64,000 nt of DNA from Seison nebaliae. Its lineage: Eukaryota. Position numbers and translations under genes: made by a program. Shown here in pieces: positions 26,978 through 38,936 of this stretch. The stretch covers positions 1 to 64,000 of the forward strand of contig JALJEE010002175.1 in assembly GCA_023231475.1 (NCBI GenBank), in the 5' to 3' direction. Each line of letters starts with the position of its first letter. Positions within the stretch are counted from its first letter, which is position 1. The notes under the pieces were generated by a model. It was not told the DNA's origin. It ran no database searches and saw nothing but the letters and a program-made list of their open reading frames with translations.

Positions 26978-29900
26978 ATGTCGCACACTGGTTAGTATTT
27001 GTGTTTGTCAGAGAGTCCTTGAATCTCCCACATTATATCATGGTCCAATTCCAATAATTAGTGGTCTTCTTATTTGAACGAGAAACATTTCCGTAAAAAA
27101 ATTTTTTGTTCTCAAAATTTTTAAAAAAATGAAAAAAAGTTTATTTCAAAAAACGAGAAAAATTGCAGTTTTTTAAAAGAGATTAGGAATACTAAAAGGA
27201 ATCTAAAAGAAAAATTTATAATTTTTTGTGAATATATTTAATGTTTTTTGTATTTCAAATATTTCAGAAAGTGATAGTCGATCAACTGACTTTTCAAGCA
27301 ATCTTGAAGAAGAATCAACAGTTGAAGGAGAAGAACCTACTATCGACAGTGGTACAGCTACACCTTCGGAATCGTCAAGTGAATCTGAAGCGTCATCTCC
27401 TTCATCTTCTACTACTTCTTCGGAGTCATTAGAAGCAAGCTCCCAGTCAAATCGACGAGGCAGTTCATTCGACCATCAATCGATTGAAAAGCAATTTTAT
27501 TCTTCAAACTATCAAGAAGAACAGACATTACCCGACCAATTCTTGACGGCCCAACAATCTTTTCTTCAACCCAATTCTAATCAGTCGCAACATTATTACA
27601 CTGCTGACAATTTCCAATCAGGAAATCCAAGTGACGACCGAAATTATCGTATAAAATACCGTTATCGTGTCGTAAAAAACTCTAGGAATTCTGACCCTCT
27701 CGAATCATTCCAAGAAGAGAATCGATCGACAACTCAATTGCCAACTGACTATTATTCAGATTTAGAGCAACAACCAATTTATCAGACACCGGAATTCCTT
27801 TCGGAAGATCTCTATTCATCAAGACGATTCTCTCGATCACAAGACAGTTATCAAGAAATTCCTTTTCTACCAATCGAGCAACAATATTCAACTGAACATT
27901 TTCACAATTCAGCACCACAACAACAACAACAAGAGCTCAATTGTGTTTGTACGGAAATATTTGACGAACAACCAAATTTAAATAAAATTCAAGTTGAAGC
28001 TACATATCTACCAGAAACTCTCGACGGTGGTCAATATCCCAGAGCTTTCGTTCCAATATTCAATCCATTAGATTTGAATACTCTTACCGATAATAAAGAT
28101 TATAGTTTCGACAATATTGATCTACCTGACACTTTTGACGAACAAATATTTTTCGATTCGAATAATAATAATCAGGACGAAATGCATCAATCATTCGATC
28201 AAGAAGTCATATGTATGCCCGTCAGACGACGACGTCGTGCTGGACGAAGTAACTACAAAGTTGCACAATCCATGGATTTCGCTGGCGATTATGCCGGTGA
28301 TAGTTATGGGTCGGGCGGATGGAATCAATACCAGGATTATGGAGCGGAACAATATGGAGGACAAGTAAGTGGAATGTATGGAAGTTCCGCTGGAATGTAT
28401 GGCAGTTCTACTGGTATGTATGGTAGTTCTGCAGAAATGTATTCTGGATCGCGTGGCGGTTATGGTGGCGGATACGGAGGTTCCTCTGCTGGAATGGGCT
28501 ACGATGCTGGTTTTGGTGGTAGAAGTTATGACGATTTAGAATCATTGTCCACTTATGGTGGAGCTGATTACGGACCGATGCCATGGCCATCTGGCAGTGC
28601 TTCATATGGAACATTTAATTATGGTCAAGGTGGAGGCGGTGGCGGTGGTAGCGCTGGCGGTTTGACAGGAAAGTTAGAAAATTTTAATAGTTTTTTAGTG
28701 CAATAATTTTTCTGTTTTAGTGAACGGTTTATTAGACGGGAGATGGTTCCCGCACAAGGCGCAGATGTACCGAAATATGTGGAAGTTTGGACTAAAAAAG
28801 AAGTTTAAAATTTAATTATTTGAAAAATATTTTTATTGGAATTTTCAAAGAAGAAGAATTATGTCCAACCGCAACAACCATATGTTCAACCTACGATGCC
28901 GATGCCGATGCCAACGATGCCAACATATCCGGCACCAACACAAACTTATAGAAGAGAAGAAAGAACCTCCAAATCGAGAAAGAAGAAGTCGAGACGGACA
29001 ACCGAAAGTTCTTATAGTGGCGAAGTGTATTCAAAAACGAAGAAAAATATGAAAGATTTCAAGAAAGAAATTAACGAAATGCTCCAGTTATTTTCTTTTG
29101 TTAAAAGATGAAATATTAATTTCCTTATTCCCGTACACAGAGACGCTTTAGGTAGCATTCGAGGAAGTAAACGTTCATCGCCTGTTAAATCTTCCTCTTC
29201 TTCTAGCAAGAAAGTGGTAGTACAACCAATTCAACCAGTCTTTTATATGCCAAGTACTGGTAAATCATCAGGTGGTGCAGCAGAAACCTCTTCATCAAAC
29301 GAAACCAAAACCAGAACTATAATTGTACCAAAACCAGTATATGTTCCGATTATTCGACCAGTCTTCGTTCCACGTGATAGAGTGATAGTAAAACCACAAT
29401 TTATTCAAATTCCAAAACCGGTTGTCATTAGTGGCGGCGGTGGTGGTGGGGGAGCTGCTCCGGCTCCTGTTTATCATCCACCATCCGATCAGAAACCGGT
29501 CGTCATTATTCAAAATCCACAACAACCTGCACCAGCACCAGAACGACCTGTGATAACGGAACGACAACAATTGCCTCCGATTAAGGTGGAAGTTATTCAA
29601 CCACCGCAACCACAAATACCCCAACAACAACAGGGTGGCCAACGACGAGGAACCAGAATTATTAAGCGTGAAGAATATGTTTTCCGTGATATTTTACCCA
29701 CAGCTTATGGAGGAAGAATAGCGAATATTTCTAGTGGCGTCAATTACGGTTATAGGCCTTGTGTAGAAAAAGAGACATTTGTTCGGCCAGAAATGACTCA
29801 GGAAGGTATCGCTCTACCAGGAGGTTTATCATTGAATGACTTTGATAGAATAGATCCACTAGAACAGCAAGGCAGTTCATCAGGATCACCATACGGTTAT

Positions 29901-30818
29901 AAAGGCTTAGCTAAAATTCACAGTATCTCTCAACCTGATTTAAAAGGTAGTGGAACGTTTAACTTTCCAACAGCGACAAATTACTCATCGGGATTTGACG
30001 GAGGTGCATTAGGAGGTAGCGGTGGAGATATCTCATCATATGGTCGTCTAGAGGACTTACCGAATTCAGGTAGTAGTGCAAATTTCGGATCTGAATCATA
30101 CGGTGATTTAGGTACAGGAATGGCAGGTAGTTCAAATGATTTAGCTTCTTCCTTCGATAATCTTAATAATTTAAATAATAATAATAATTTAGGAGGTATA
30201 GCTAGTGGTAGTTATGGTAGTGGATTTAATAGTATGAATGAGGAAACCGATTTCTCACAGTTGCCACCCGATATTCAACAACTACTCAAAAACGAACCAG
30301 GTACAGAATTAAAATCTTATTCACGTGATACTGCTAATCCATCCACGAGATATGGCGAAGCGAATTTTGCTAACATTCCTTCACCATTATCATCATCACA
30401 TAATGCACTCATTAACAGTCGCACGTCCTTCTCACGTGCACCAAGTAATCAACAAATTTACCGTTCATCTTCTCAAATACCACCAACTAATCATAACGAT
30501 ATGAGTTCGTCGTATTTCGACAAACCGAACGACATGAATTCCACCGAATTGGCCGATCTCCTCAATTCCTCCTCCAATTTCGATGATAATCTTACTGATG
30601 GTAATGATTCATTTATGCCCATCATCGACGGTAACGGAGCTCGGTATGTCATGGGTGGTAAGAATGACAGTGATCTGGAAAATTTTAGTGATATGAGTAA
30701 CTCGGACAACATCCATGGACATATCACAACCACCACCAGAATTCGATTTCCCGCATCATCTAATCTGTCTGAGAATTTCGATTCCAATCTAATGAACAAC
30801 GTAATCAACTTCAATTGA
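26978..30818 (+). CDS. Large low-complexity protein (~1137 aa; Ser/Glu-, Gly/Tyr- and Val/Pro-rich blocks), function unknown
   Basis: Exons 26978-26990, 27268-28672, 28721-28802, 28851-29086, 29141-30818 join three track ORFs in frame via GTT..AG introns (3414 nt). The 13-nt first exon is the least certain part. Confidence 0.75.
28371..28448 (+). repeat. Coding 21-nt tandem repeat, (G/E)MY(G/S)SSx about 4 copies
   Basis: GMYGSSA-GMYGSST-GMYGSSA-EMYSG, with synonymous divergence between units. Confidence 0.8.
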
Positions 30819-33800
30819 AATGTTCCATTGCTCAATTATATTCATATATATGTCAATCGTCCATTTGTGGAGCTGTTGGGTCTGGAAGATGAACGGAAAT
30901 AATCATCTTCTTCCACTTATCACCATTTGATCATTTGATGCACAATAATTTCATTTCCACTCCACTTCTTCACTTCTTCACCATAACAAATAATATTGAA
31001 TATCTCTTTAGGTTGCACTTCTTCACTTCCATATTTGATGGTTTTATTTCACTTCACAAAATCTATTTTCCAATCATTTCTAATCTAAAACGAATTATTG
31101 ATCTTTTCATATCACTCAAATAATTTCAAAAATCACATTTGTATTATGGGAATTGATTTCTCCATTTCATTTCACTTTCTCTCCTTTCTCTTCAGGCCTA
31201 CAATAACTAATTGTACAACTCGTTAAAATGAACACAACAGAAACGCCAACAAACAACCACATCATTTCAATGCCAGATCAACTTGAAAAATGTTCTGTTG
31301 AAAAAAAATAGATTAGAATAAAATATTATTTTTTCGCCTACAATTAAATGACTTTCATCATTATTTCTTTAATCTTTTCCTTCACTTCTACATTATTCAG
31401 AAACAAGCTATCTTTCTTCCTTTCGATATGGTTAAGAAAACTAATCCTTCTTTCCATAATTCCATTTATATAAAATTTTCAACGTTATTCATTCAATGTA
31501 GAAAATTTACTTAACAAAAGTTTTCTCCGAAATTTTCCCATTATTTTTCATTTTCGTCCACACTTACGTTTTCCATCTCTTTTTAAAGATATAGTCTTTT
31601 TTTATTATGAAACTGCATCAATTTTCTATTTTAATCCGTTATTCCTATTCTTTTAAACTCATTTAATTCACATAACAAATACAAATAAAGACGATAAAGA
31701 TAATGTTCAAATTCTAAACGTTCCACTTTAAGTGAATTGCGAGACAAAATCCTCTATCGATAATCGTTCTATGAACATTGTGATTGATTGAGTGACATGT
31801 GGAAATAATTTTAAATGTTACATTAAAAAAAGAGACTATGAATAGACATTCTTAAGGCTAATTGTTACTGGACAATTATATTGTCTTAATGGTTTTTCAT
31901 CCATTTTCTAGAAATTGATTCCTTCATTCAGTTTTTCAGACAAAACTACTCTCGTTTGTGATATTCAATCACCTATTTACAATCATTCGGACAGTATTCT
32001 CATTTTAAATCTTTATATCGAACATTTATAAATCTACATTAAAAAACCATTTTTATTCTCGATTCTTACCAATATTTAACACTAACCAGTTTTGTAAATC
32101 CCACCATAAACCGGGGCACCTATGATCATCCAAAGAATAATTCCTACAATTAATAGCCAGTGTGATATGATGGGAAAAAAATGATTAGAATTTAAAATTC
32201 AAAGTTCAAAAATTGAGAATTCTATTCGAAAGTTCACATTCGAGGTTAAAATTAATGACATCATCTCAAACATGTCATATGCAAACAACAACATGTTATG
32301 AAGGAATGTGGGTATAAAACGAAGTTTTGGAATAAAACTTTGCGATGATTTATGAGAAAACGGAAATAAAACTGTCGGAAGTTAATGAGAAAGTGCAGCA
32401 AAGAAATGTGGAGTCCTACTGTCCAAATTTGCGAACAAAGTTTAATTTGCATAAAAAATGGGAGAGATGTAGAAGTGTCCGCTGGAAAGGATATTGGATG
32501 AAGAAATGGAAATGAGCAGAAATGTCCTCCGATCAATGAGAAGAATGGAATCAAATTAATTGAACAATTACTTCCGGAAAGAACAATTGATGAGAAAGCC
32601 TTTTACAACTTCACTTACGTCCACATATTAGACATTCTTATATCATATTTCTGATGGGAGACATGAAAAAGGGAAAGTATTTGAACGGAAATGTTTCATT
32701 TCGACAATACATTTTGGAAGAAAGATCATCATACCTCTTTAGTTATTTCTCATAAATCATTATTTTTATTATTTCCCCTTCATTACTTCGTAATGTTACC
32801 TAGCGCCGAAAATAATTGATGAGCAACTCTCGAATTTTATGTAAAGAAATCCAATTCTCTGTCCATTTCCATCATTTCCGTAAAAGTGAACATTGAAAGA
32901 AATATTCCATAATTAAATCAGATTCAATCATACACCTATCTATCATTCTTCGCATGTTTCCACATAACATTTACACGTCCAATTTGAAGTTCGCACGAAA
33001 CTATTCAAATTTCGTCCTTAAATTTCATGGACGATTTTATCGAACTACTTTCTGGAATTAATAAGAAATCGTCATTAATAATTTGTTTAAATTTGAAAAT
33101 AGCCAAAATCTCTAAAATATTTTTATGTTCAGTCGTCATTTCCATTTAGGTGGAATGTTGTGAATAGTTTGAAAACAGAGAAAAATTACGAAGATTTAAT
33201 GGGAAACGTTTCCTGAATAAAGAAAAGAATGATTTGTTGAACTTGTCCGATTTAAGGTTAACGTGCTGCTCTTCCGGATTGGGTGAACGTTCTACGTTGC
33301 ACATACCAAGAGCACAAATGTTTCGAATGATAAAAATTAGAGGTTCATTCATTTCCTATCGGATTCCAATAAATCATAAAATGATTACTTGTAACGGAAA
33401 ACTGAACGAACCATATTGAGAATTGGGAGAGGAATGATGATACTTTTCATTCTGGTTATAGTCGATTGATTAAAATATCACTACTCTCTTATAAAGTTTA
33501 GAATTGACAAGTGAAGTGAGCGAAAGGTTATTAATAAATTTTCATTTGCAGTCGTTCCCTGACAAATGTCTAATACATCAACGAAAGAAAATTCGTTTCG
33601 TATCAACAATGTAAGAATTGTGGAGTTTTTAATTTGAGACGAGATATGTGAACTTCAGAATTTGATGTTTATTTACGCTTCTTTCTCATTAGTTAGATAG
33701 GGAGGAGATATTGTGATAAAATTAATTTGTCTGATGAATCATTTCCCAATGAATTGTTGAACTGAGTTCATTAAATCAATTTGTGATGTAACTACTAAGA

Positions 33801-34639
33801 GAATCAGATGGTGAGAGTTGAGAAAGAGAATGGAACGTTTTTCAGTAAAACTTCTCAAATCATCGAACACCATTGACTGGCATCAAGGTCGATTGAACGG
33901 GTTGGTGAGAGATAGGAGACGATAATTTCCTCGAATATTATATAATAATTTCTTAATTTTATTCCTCCATCCAATCTATGAGAATGAATTATTTATTTTT
34001 TACTAGTTGACTGAGAAGTCGATTTTACCATTATTCCGTTGATGTATCACATATTAAAATTACATTACAACGAAGGAACGCTTAGTTCCCTAACACCAGA
34101 GAAGTGTGATTATTTTCTGGCAATTTCTCATCAAATAATTGCAAATTTCCACCAATATACCCCTCAATATGTAGTAATAGTTTCAATGATTTCTTTTATA
34201 AATAATGGAAATTTCAATTGAATCGTCGAGAAGGAATTGAATGTTGAATTGAAATGTGTGCTCTCTCCTTAGAAAAACAATTATTTTTATTATTATTATT
34301 TTTGTTAACATGTAACTAAATTTAGTTGATGATCATTATAGTTACATCGTTCAATCAGAGAGGAACTAACGAGAAAATGTTGAAAATTACAATAATAATG
34401 GAACACATTGACTGGTTTCTATATTTTCATCGGTTTCTTATCGATAACAATTCACCATCCTTATATGTTCTACGTAACATTTGTTTACTTTAGACTAAAC
34501 TTGTTCAGACTATTGTTCTGGAGAAATGATTGTTCCTTCCATAAACGAGTAACTCAATCAAATTTCCTCACTAAACTAATATCAATTTATTAGAAACTTA
34601 TCTGTCTTTTTTTAAACAAGAGAATATCATTACTACATA

Positions 34640-35119
34640 ATGGCGGTGGGACATATCGTTGGATGGAGAAGATGGGCCTACTTTTTTCTATGTATCTTAC
34701 TCTTCATCATTTCCATCATATTGATGGGATTGGCTGGTTATCTCGTCGACAAATACACCGGTAAACCGTTCGAGAATGGTGTGACAACGTTGGTCGTGGC
34801 AATTATTATGTTCCTCTTATCGCTGCTCGGTATTGCGGCCGTGTATACGGATAAGAAGATCTTACAAAAAATATTCTTCCAAGTTGCATTTTTATTGTTA
34901 TTGGTCGTGGTGTTCCGATGTGGTTTCTATGCGGCTACTATTCATTATTATCAAAGTGCCTACAAATGGAGAGATATCTTCATTTCAATCTGTTGCCTAC
35001 TCGGTATTGCAGCATTCGCACTTATATTCTTGGTATACGTCTCTGATTATGTTCTTCGAAGTTACGTGACAGTTTCAACAACGACTACTCACGGTGCAAG
35101 TCGCACGACCTACAACTAA
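34640..35119 (+). CDS. Small four-transmembrane protein, 159 aa, intronless, family unassigned
   Basis: ATG-started ORF with four clear hydrophobic segments and short loops; AATAAA at ~35283. Confidence 0.8.
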   Translation: MAVGHIVGWRRWAYFFLCILLFIISIILMGLAGYLVDKYTGKPFENGVTTLVVAIIMFLLSLLGIAAVYTDKKILQKIFFQVAFLLLLVVVFRCGFYAATIHYYQSAYKWRDIFISICCLLGIAAFALIFLVYVSDYVLRSYVTVSTTTTHGASRTTYN

Positions 35120-35609
35120 CAACTCAATTTCTTAAGAAAATTTCTTCTAAATACTCAATCGGACTTAATGTACAAAACTCGATATATTTAGAATGAATTC
35201 ATTGAAATCGCTTCCCGTGTTGCTTCCAGTCAATTCTTGATTTACCAAAACAAACAATCTTCATTCTTGCTTCATTTTTTTCAAATAAAATTTTCTAATA
35301 AAACCAAAACTTTATCTTCTTTACATCTTTACTAGTATAATATGATCAATTCTTACATCACATATTTTTTTATAGTTCATAAATTTGTTGATAGAACCTT
35401 TTCAATTTCTTACGGTTTGGTTAATTCAACATTCGTCAAACAATTTATGAACGATTAACAATGAAATGTTAGAAAGTTTAATTTATACATAGAAACATTT
35501 ATACAAATATTAAATAGAAAAGTGGGTAAAAAAGTTTTTTACAGATTCAATAAGAATTTTGAGAATATAAAATTATTCATATTTGCAACAATCTTCTATA
35601 CTTCAGTAT

Positions 35610-36365
35610 TGAAGTATGAGAATGTTCTCGTCTTTTGGGAGCCTTTATGCCAGTCCCCTAATACTGGTCCATGTCCGCTCAGTGGGAAGGAAAGACCTAA
35701 ACTCCACTGGCACGGAGACTTCTTTGGACGACGAAGGGGACTCATTATGGTCAAAATTTGTATGAATAGACTTGTTCCTTACCGATGTAAAGAAACTTCT
35801 CGTGTTCCTCATTTGACATTTGAAATTTTTACCTATTTCTCCAAGATATGTCAACATCAAGTATATCGATTCTCCTGGAAATGGGTGGGCATTTCAAACT
35901 TCCCTCTTCGAATTGATTAACAACAAATGTCATTAGATTAACTGTCTTAATAATAATACGTGTTATCTTAATCATCAGAATGATGTATGTATTATATGAA
36001 AATTCCTCATCTATTTCTATTGGTTGTTCCAATAGAATAGGATACGTTTAACAACCATGAAATGACGAATGTTGGAGCCGTGGTTGACATCTTTTGGTAC
36101 CAATTTAAAAAGCACAAGGAACCAAAGAAAAATTCTTGTCAATTGCAATTTGGTCAGGTCAACGATAACCCGCTACATTTGGATTTGTTCGACTTTATTC
36201 CAATCTTCTTCTGATAAAAGTTAGGATCTAATTCCTAATGACGAATTCTGAGGCAGTTTTGAGTACTCCATAATAGTTCAATGATTTCAGTTTAGAAATT
36301 TATTGTACCACGATACTCATGAAATGCGATGTAATCGAAAGTAGTATTCCTTATGGGAAGCCTCG
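35610..36365 (-). mobile_element. Heavily decayed hAT-like transposase C-terminal half
   Basis: Broken frames give PIRNTTFDYIAFHEYR (TRWNST-like), LLSEEDWNKVEQI...DLTKL and KEVSVP...PTERTWTS...RL (dimerisation-like), in the expected order. Matches are weak and judged by eye. Confidence 0.4.
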
Positions 36366-37275
36366 AAAGGAAATGGAAAGACTTAAATGGTAAATTAAGA
36401 CCATTGAAAAAAATTCAAATGAAAAGAAATAAAGAAATCTTTATAGCTAAAATGAAATTCTTCTGAATTTGAATATTCCTTATAGTTTCAGCCCTATTTA
36501 TAGTCGCTTATTTTTATGATCAATCTGCTCGGGGCAATGTAAATGATTAACATTTATTTCCTTGTTGGTTTACTATTCAATTCGAAATTTGAATTTTCCA
36601 AGCTTGTTCCATTTCAATTAATTTATTCGTATTTCGATTTTAGGTTGAAGAATGTTTCTTGAAATATTATATTATAAAATAATAATAATTTAACTATGAA
36701 AAAATTTTCTATCACACAAAGATCATTTTGATCATCAACCATTTTTTTCTCACAATTTAAATAAAAGAACTGCGCATATTGTGTGCACTGATTTAACTAA
36801 AAATTCAAATCGTTAATCGAATTATTACAAGTACTTAATTTGCCTGAAAAATCTAAGGAAAACATCATGTTATATTGTTGAATATTTGACAAATATTCTC
36901 AGAAATATTTGGAAAATCTTGAATGAAATTTCGAAAAAAACTTTCTTTTTTAAGACATTTATTTTGACAGAAAATGCACTAAATTTTAAATTAAACATAT
37001 TTCAAATATGAATAAATAAAGTTCATCGTTTTATAAGTATAACGTAAATGATTTGTTTCGTCTATGTTTAATAAACATTGTTTATCATCATAGCAATCTT
37101 CTCCACACCTTAAGAATAAAGTTAAAATATTTTTGATGTGAATTAGTTCTATACACCGTTATTTACCTCATTTACACCTACCATTCATTAGCTGAAACAT
37201 CGTATCAAAACTCAATTGGGAAAAAAATTAGTTAGGAATTATATATGTTAGCGGAATAATTGTTAACTTATTAAA

Positions 37276-38836
37276 TTATAGATGTTTACCTGTTCCTTCG
37301 CTCTTGTTTACTTTTTTCTTTTTAACTTTAAGTACACGATTTTTGTCTCTAACACGGGCAAAAAGGCTTGAAGATTTATTAGTTATTGCTTTAAGTGTAC
37401 CTTTTTCACGATTTCCTTTTTTGTGTCCCCCAACACTTAAATTGAGAATTAATTGAGTACTCTTATGATGGGCAGTTACAGCGGAATCAATCGGTATTTC
37501 TCTATCAAGACTAAATGCAGCAGAACTTCTTCGAGGCTGAGGCAACCTACTTGGTACATGGCTTAATAAATTTCTTTTTGATTGTGAAGGTTTTTCTGAA
37601 GACGACAGAGTTTCTGGAGATTCAAGTGAGCTAAAAATTGTTTCTTGACGAGGTAAACGAGCTTTTCCTTCTCTTTCATTTACTCGTGGAGATTCTGGCG
37701 GTGTTGGTGGAAGTTCTGGTGTTGTTGGCGGAGTTGGTGGAAGTTCTGGTGTTGTTGGTGGAGTTGGATATAGTTCTGGTGTTGTTGGTGGAGTTGGTGA
37801 TAGTTGGAATGGTGGTGGTAATGGGGGTGATTGAGATGATGGTGGTGATGGAGGTGATGGAGGCGATGGTTGATGTTCTGATGATGTCGTTGATGATGAT
37901 GATAATGATGATGATGGAAGATTCGGTGATGATGATGATGATGGTTGATCCGGTGATGTTGTTGGAGGTGTTGGAGAACTTTCTGATGTTGTTGGAGGTG
38001 TTGGAGTACTTTCTGATGATGTCGGTGGCTGTGGAAAACGTTCCGGTGTTGTCGGTGGTGTTGGATATAGTTCTGGTGATTTCGGAGGTGATGAAGAAGG
38101 TTCTGATGTTGTCGGTGAAGTTGGATATAGTTCTGGTGTTGTCGGTGGTGTTGGATTTAGTTCTGGTGATGTCGGAGGTGACGGAGAAGGTTCTGGTGTT
38201 GTTGGAAGTTCTGGTGATGTTGATGGTGTTGGTGGTGGTGTTGTTAGAAGTTCTGGTGATGTTGATGGTTGTGTTGATGATGTTGGTGGAGGTTTTGGTT
38301 CTGGTGGAAATCTTCGTAATGTTGGCGGTGTTGTTCTTTGTGTTGTTTGAGGTGTTATTCTTTGTGTTGTTGTTGGTGCTAGTGGCGAATAATCGCTTGG
38401 CGATGATGATGATGGTGATAATGCCGGTGGCGATGATGATGGTAGCCATGGTGATAATTCTGAATGGGCTGCTTGTGGTGGTCTTGATGAATGATGTGAG
38501 CATGGATCCAATGTCGTCGTTCCTTGTCTAGGCGATTGATTTGACGTTGGAGGTATTGGTATTAAGGGTGGTGCTGGTAAATATCTTATTGGGCTTTCTG
38601 AGTCAATAACATATCTTAACTTACATTCTCGAAAGAGTGAATAGATAAGAAATCCTGCAGCAAATAAAATAAGAGCGATACTTATACCCACCAACACACC
38701 ATGTGTAAGATCAGTATTATCGTCCAAGTCGCAGTTAACTATAGTGAAGTGGAAAGAAATTTGTTCATTTAGTTGATGGCCAACCTCCGAAAATCAGAAT
38801 TAAAGTCAGGAAACAAACAGACTTAGGACTACACAT
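37276..38836 (-). CDS. Single-pass membrane protein with signal peptide and long Pro/Thr/Ser-repeat tail
   Basis: Exon 1 38836-38785 (MCSPKSVCFLTLILIFG), 46-nt GTT..AG intron 38784-38739, exon 2 (VNCDLDDNTDLTHGVLVGISIALILFAAGFLIYSLF then basic RECKLR) running to the stop at 37276. Confidence 0.82.
37690..38290 (-). repeat. Coding ~30-nt tandem repeat (PPTTPELYPT-like decapeptide)
   Basis: Plus strand repeats agttctggtgttgttggtggagttggatat and variants in two blocks separated by a Ser/Pro tract. Confidence 0.9.
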
Positions 38837-38936
38837 TGAGAAAACTAAAAAAAAACAAACTAACATAATAATGGTCAAGAAAATGGAAATTCCATTTCAT
38901 TTTTATACTTTTTATAAATCATTTTTAAAAAATTAT

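Noticed and set aside
31345..32170. Possible minus-strand multi-exon gene (hydrophobic stretch WLLIVGIILWMIIG, donor-like GTTAGT and GTAAGT)
   Set aside because: I could not build a stop-free spliced frame; at most a pseudogene.
35971..35985. HHSDD on the minus strand as a bunyavirus-like polymerase motif C (endogenous viral element)
   Set aside because: Flanked by stops, with no convincing motifs A, B, D or E at the right spacing; the surroundings fit hAT better.
36006..36020. IEIDE as a Merlin/IS1595 transposase motif
   Set aside because: An isolated five-residue match with no downstream catalytic motifs.
37638..38531. 297-aa plus-strand Val/Leu/Met ORF and 275-aa alternative-frame Thr/Asn/Ile ORF
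   Set aside because: Shadow frames of the CCA/ACA/TCA-rich repeat, which lacks stop codons by composition.
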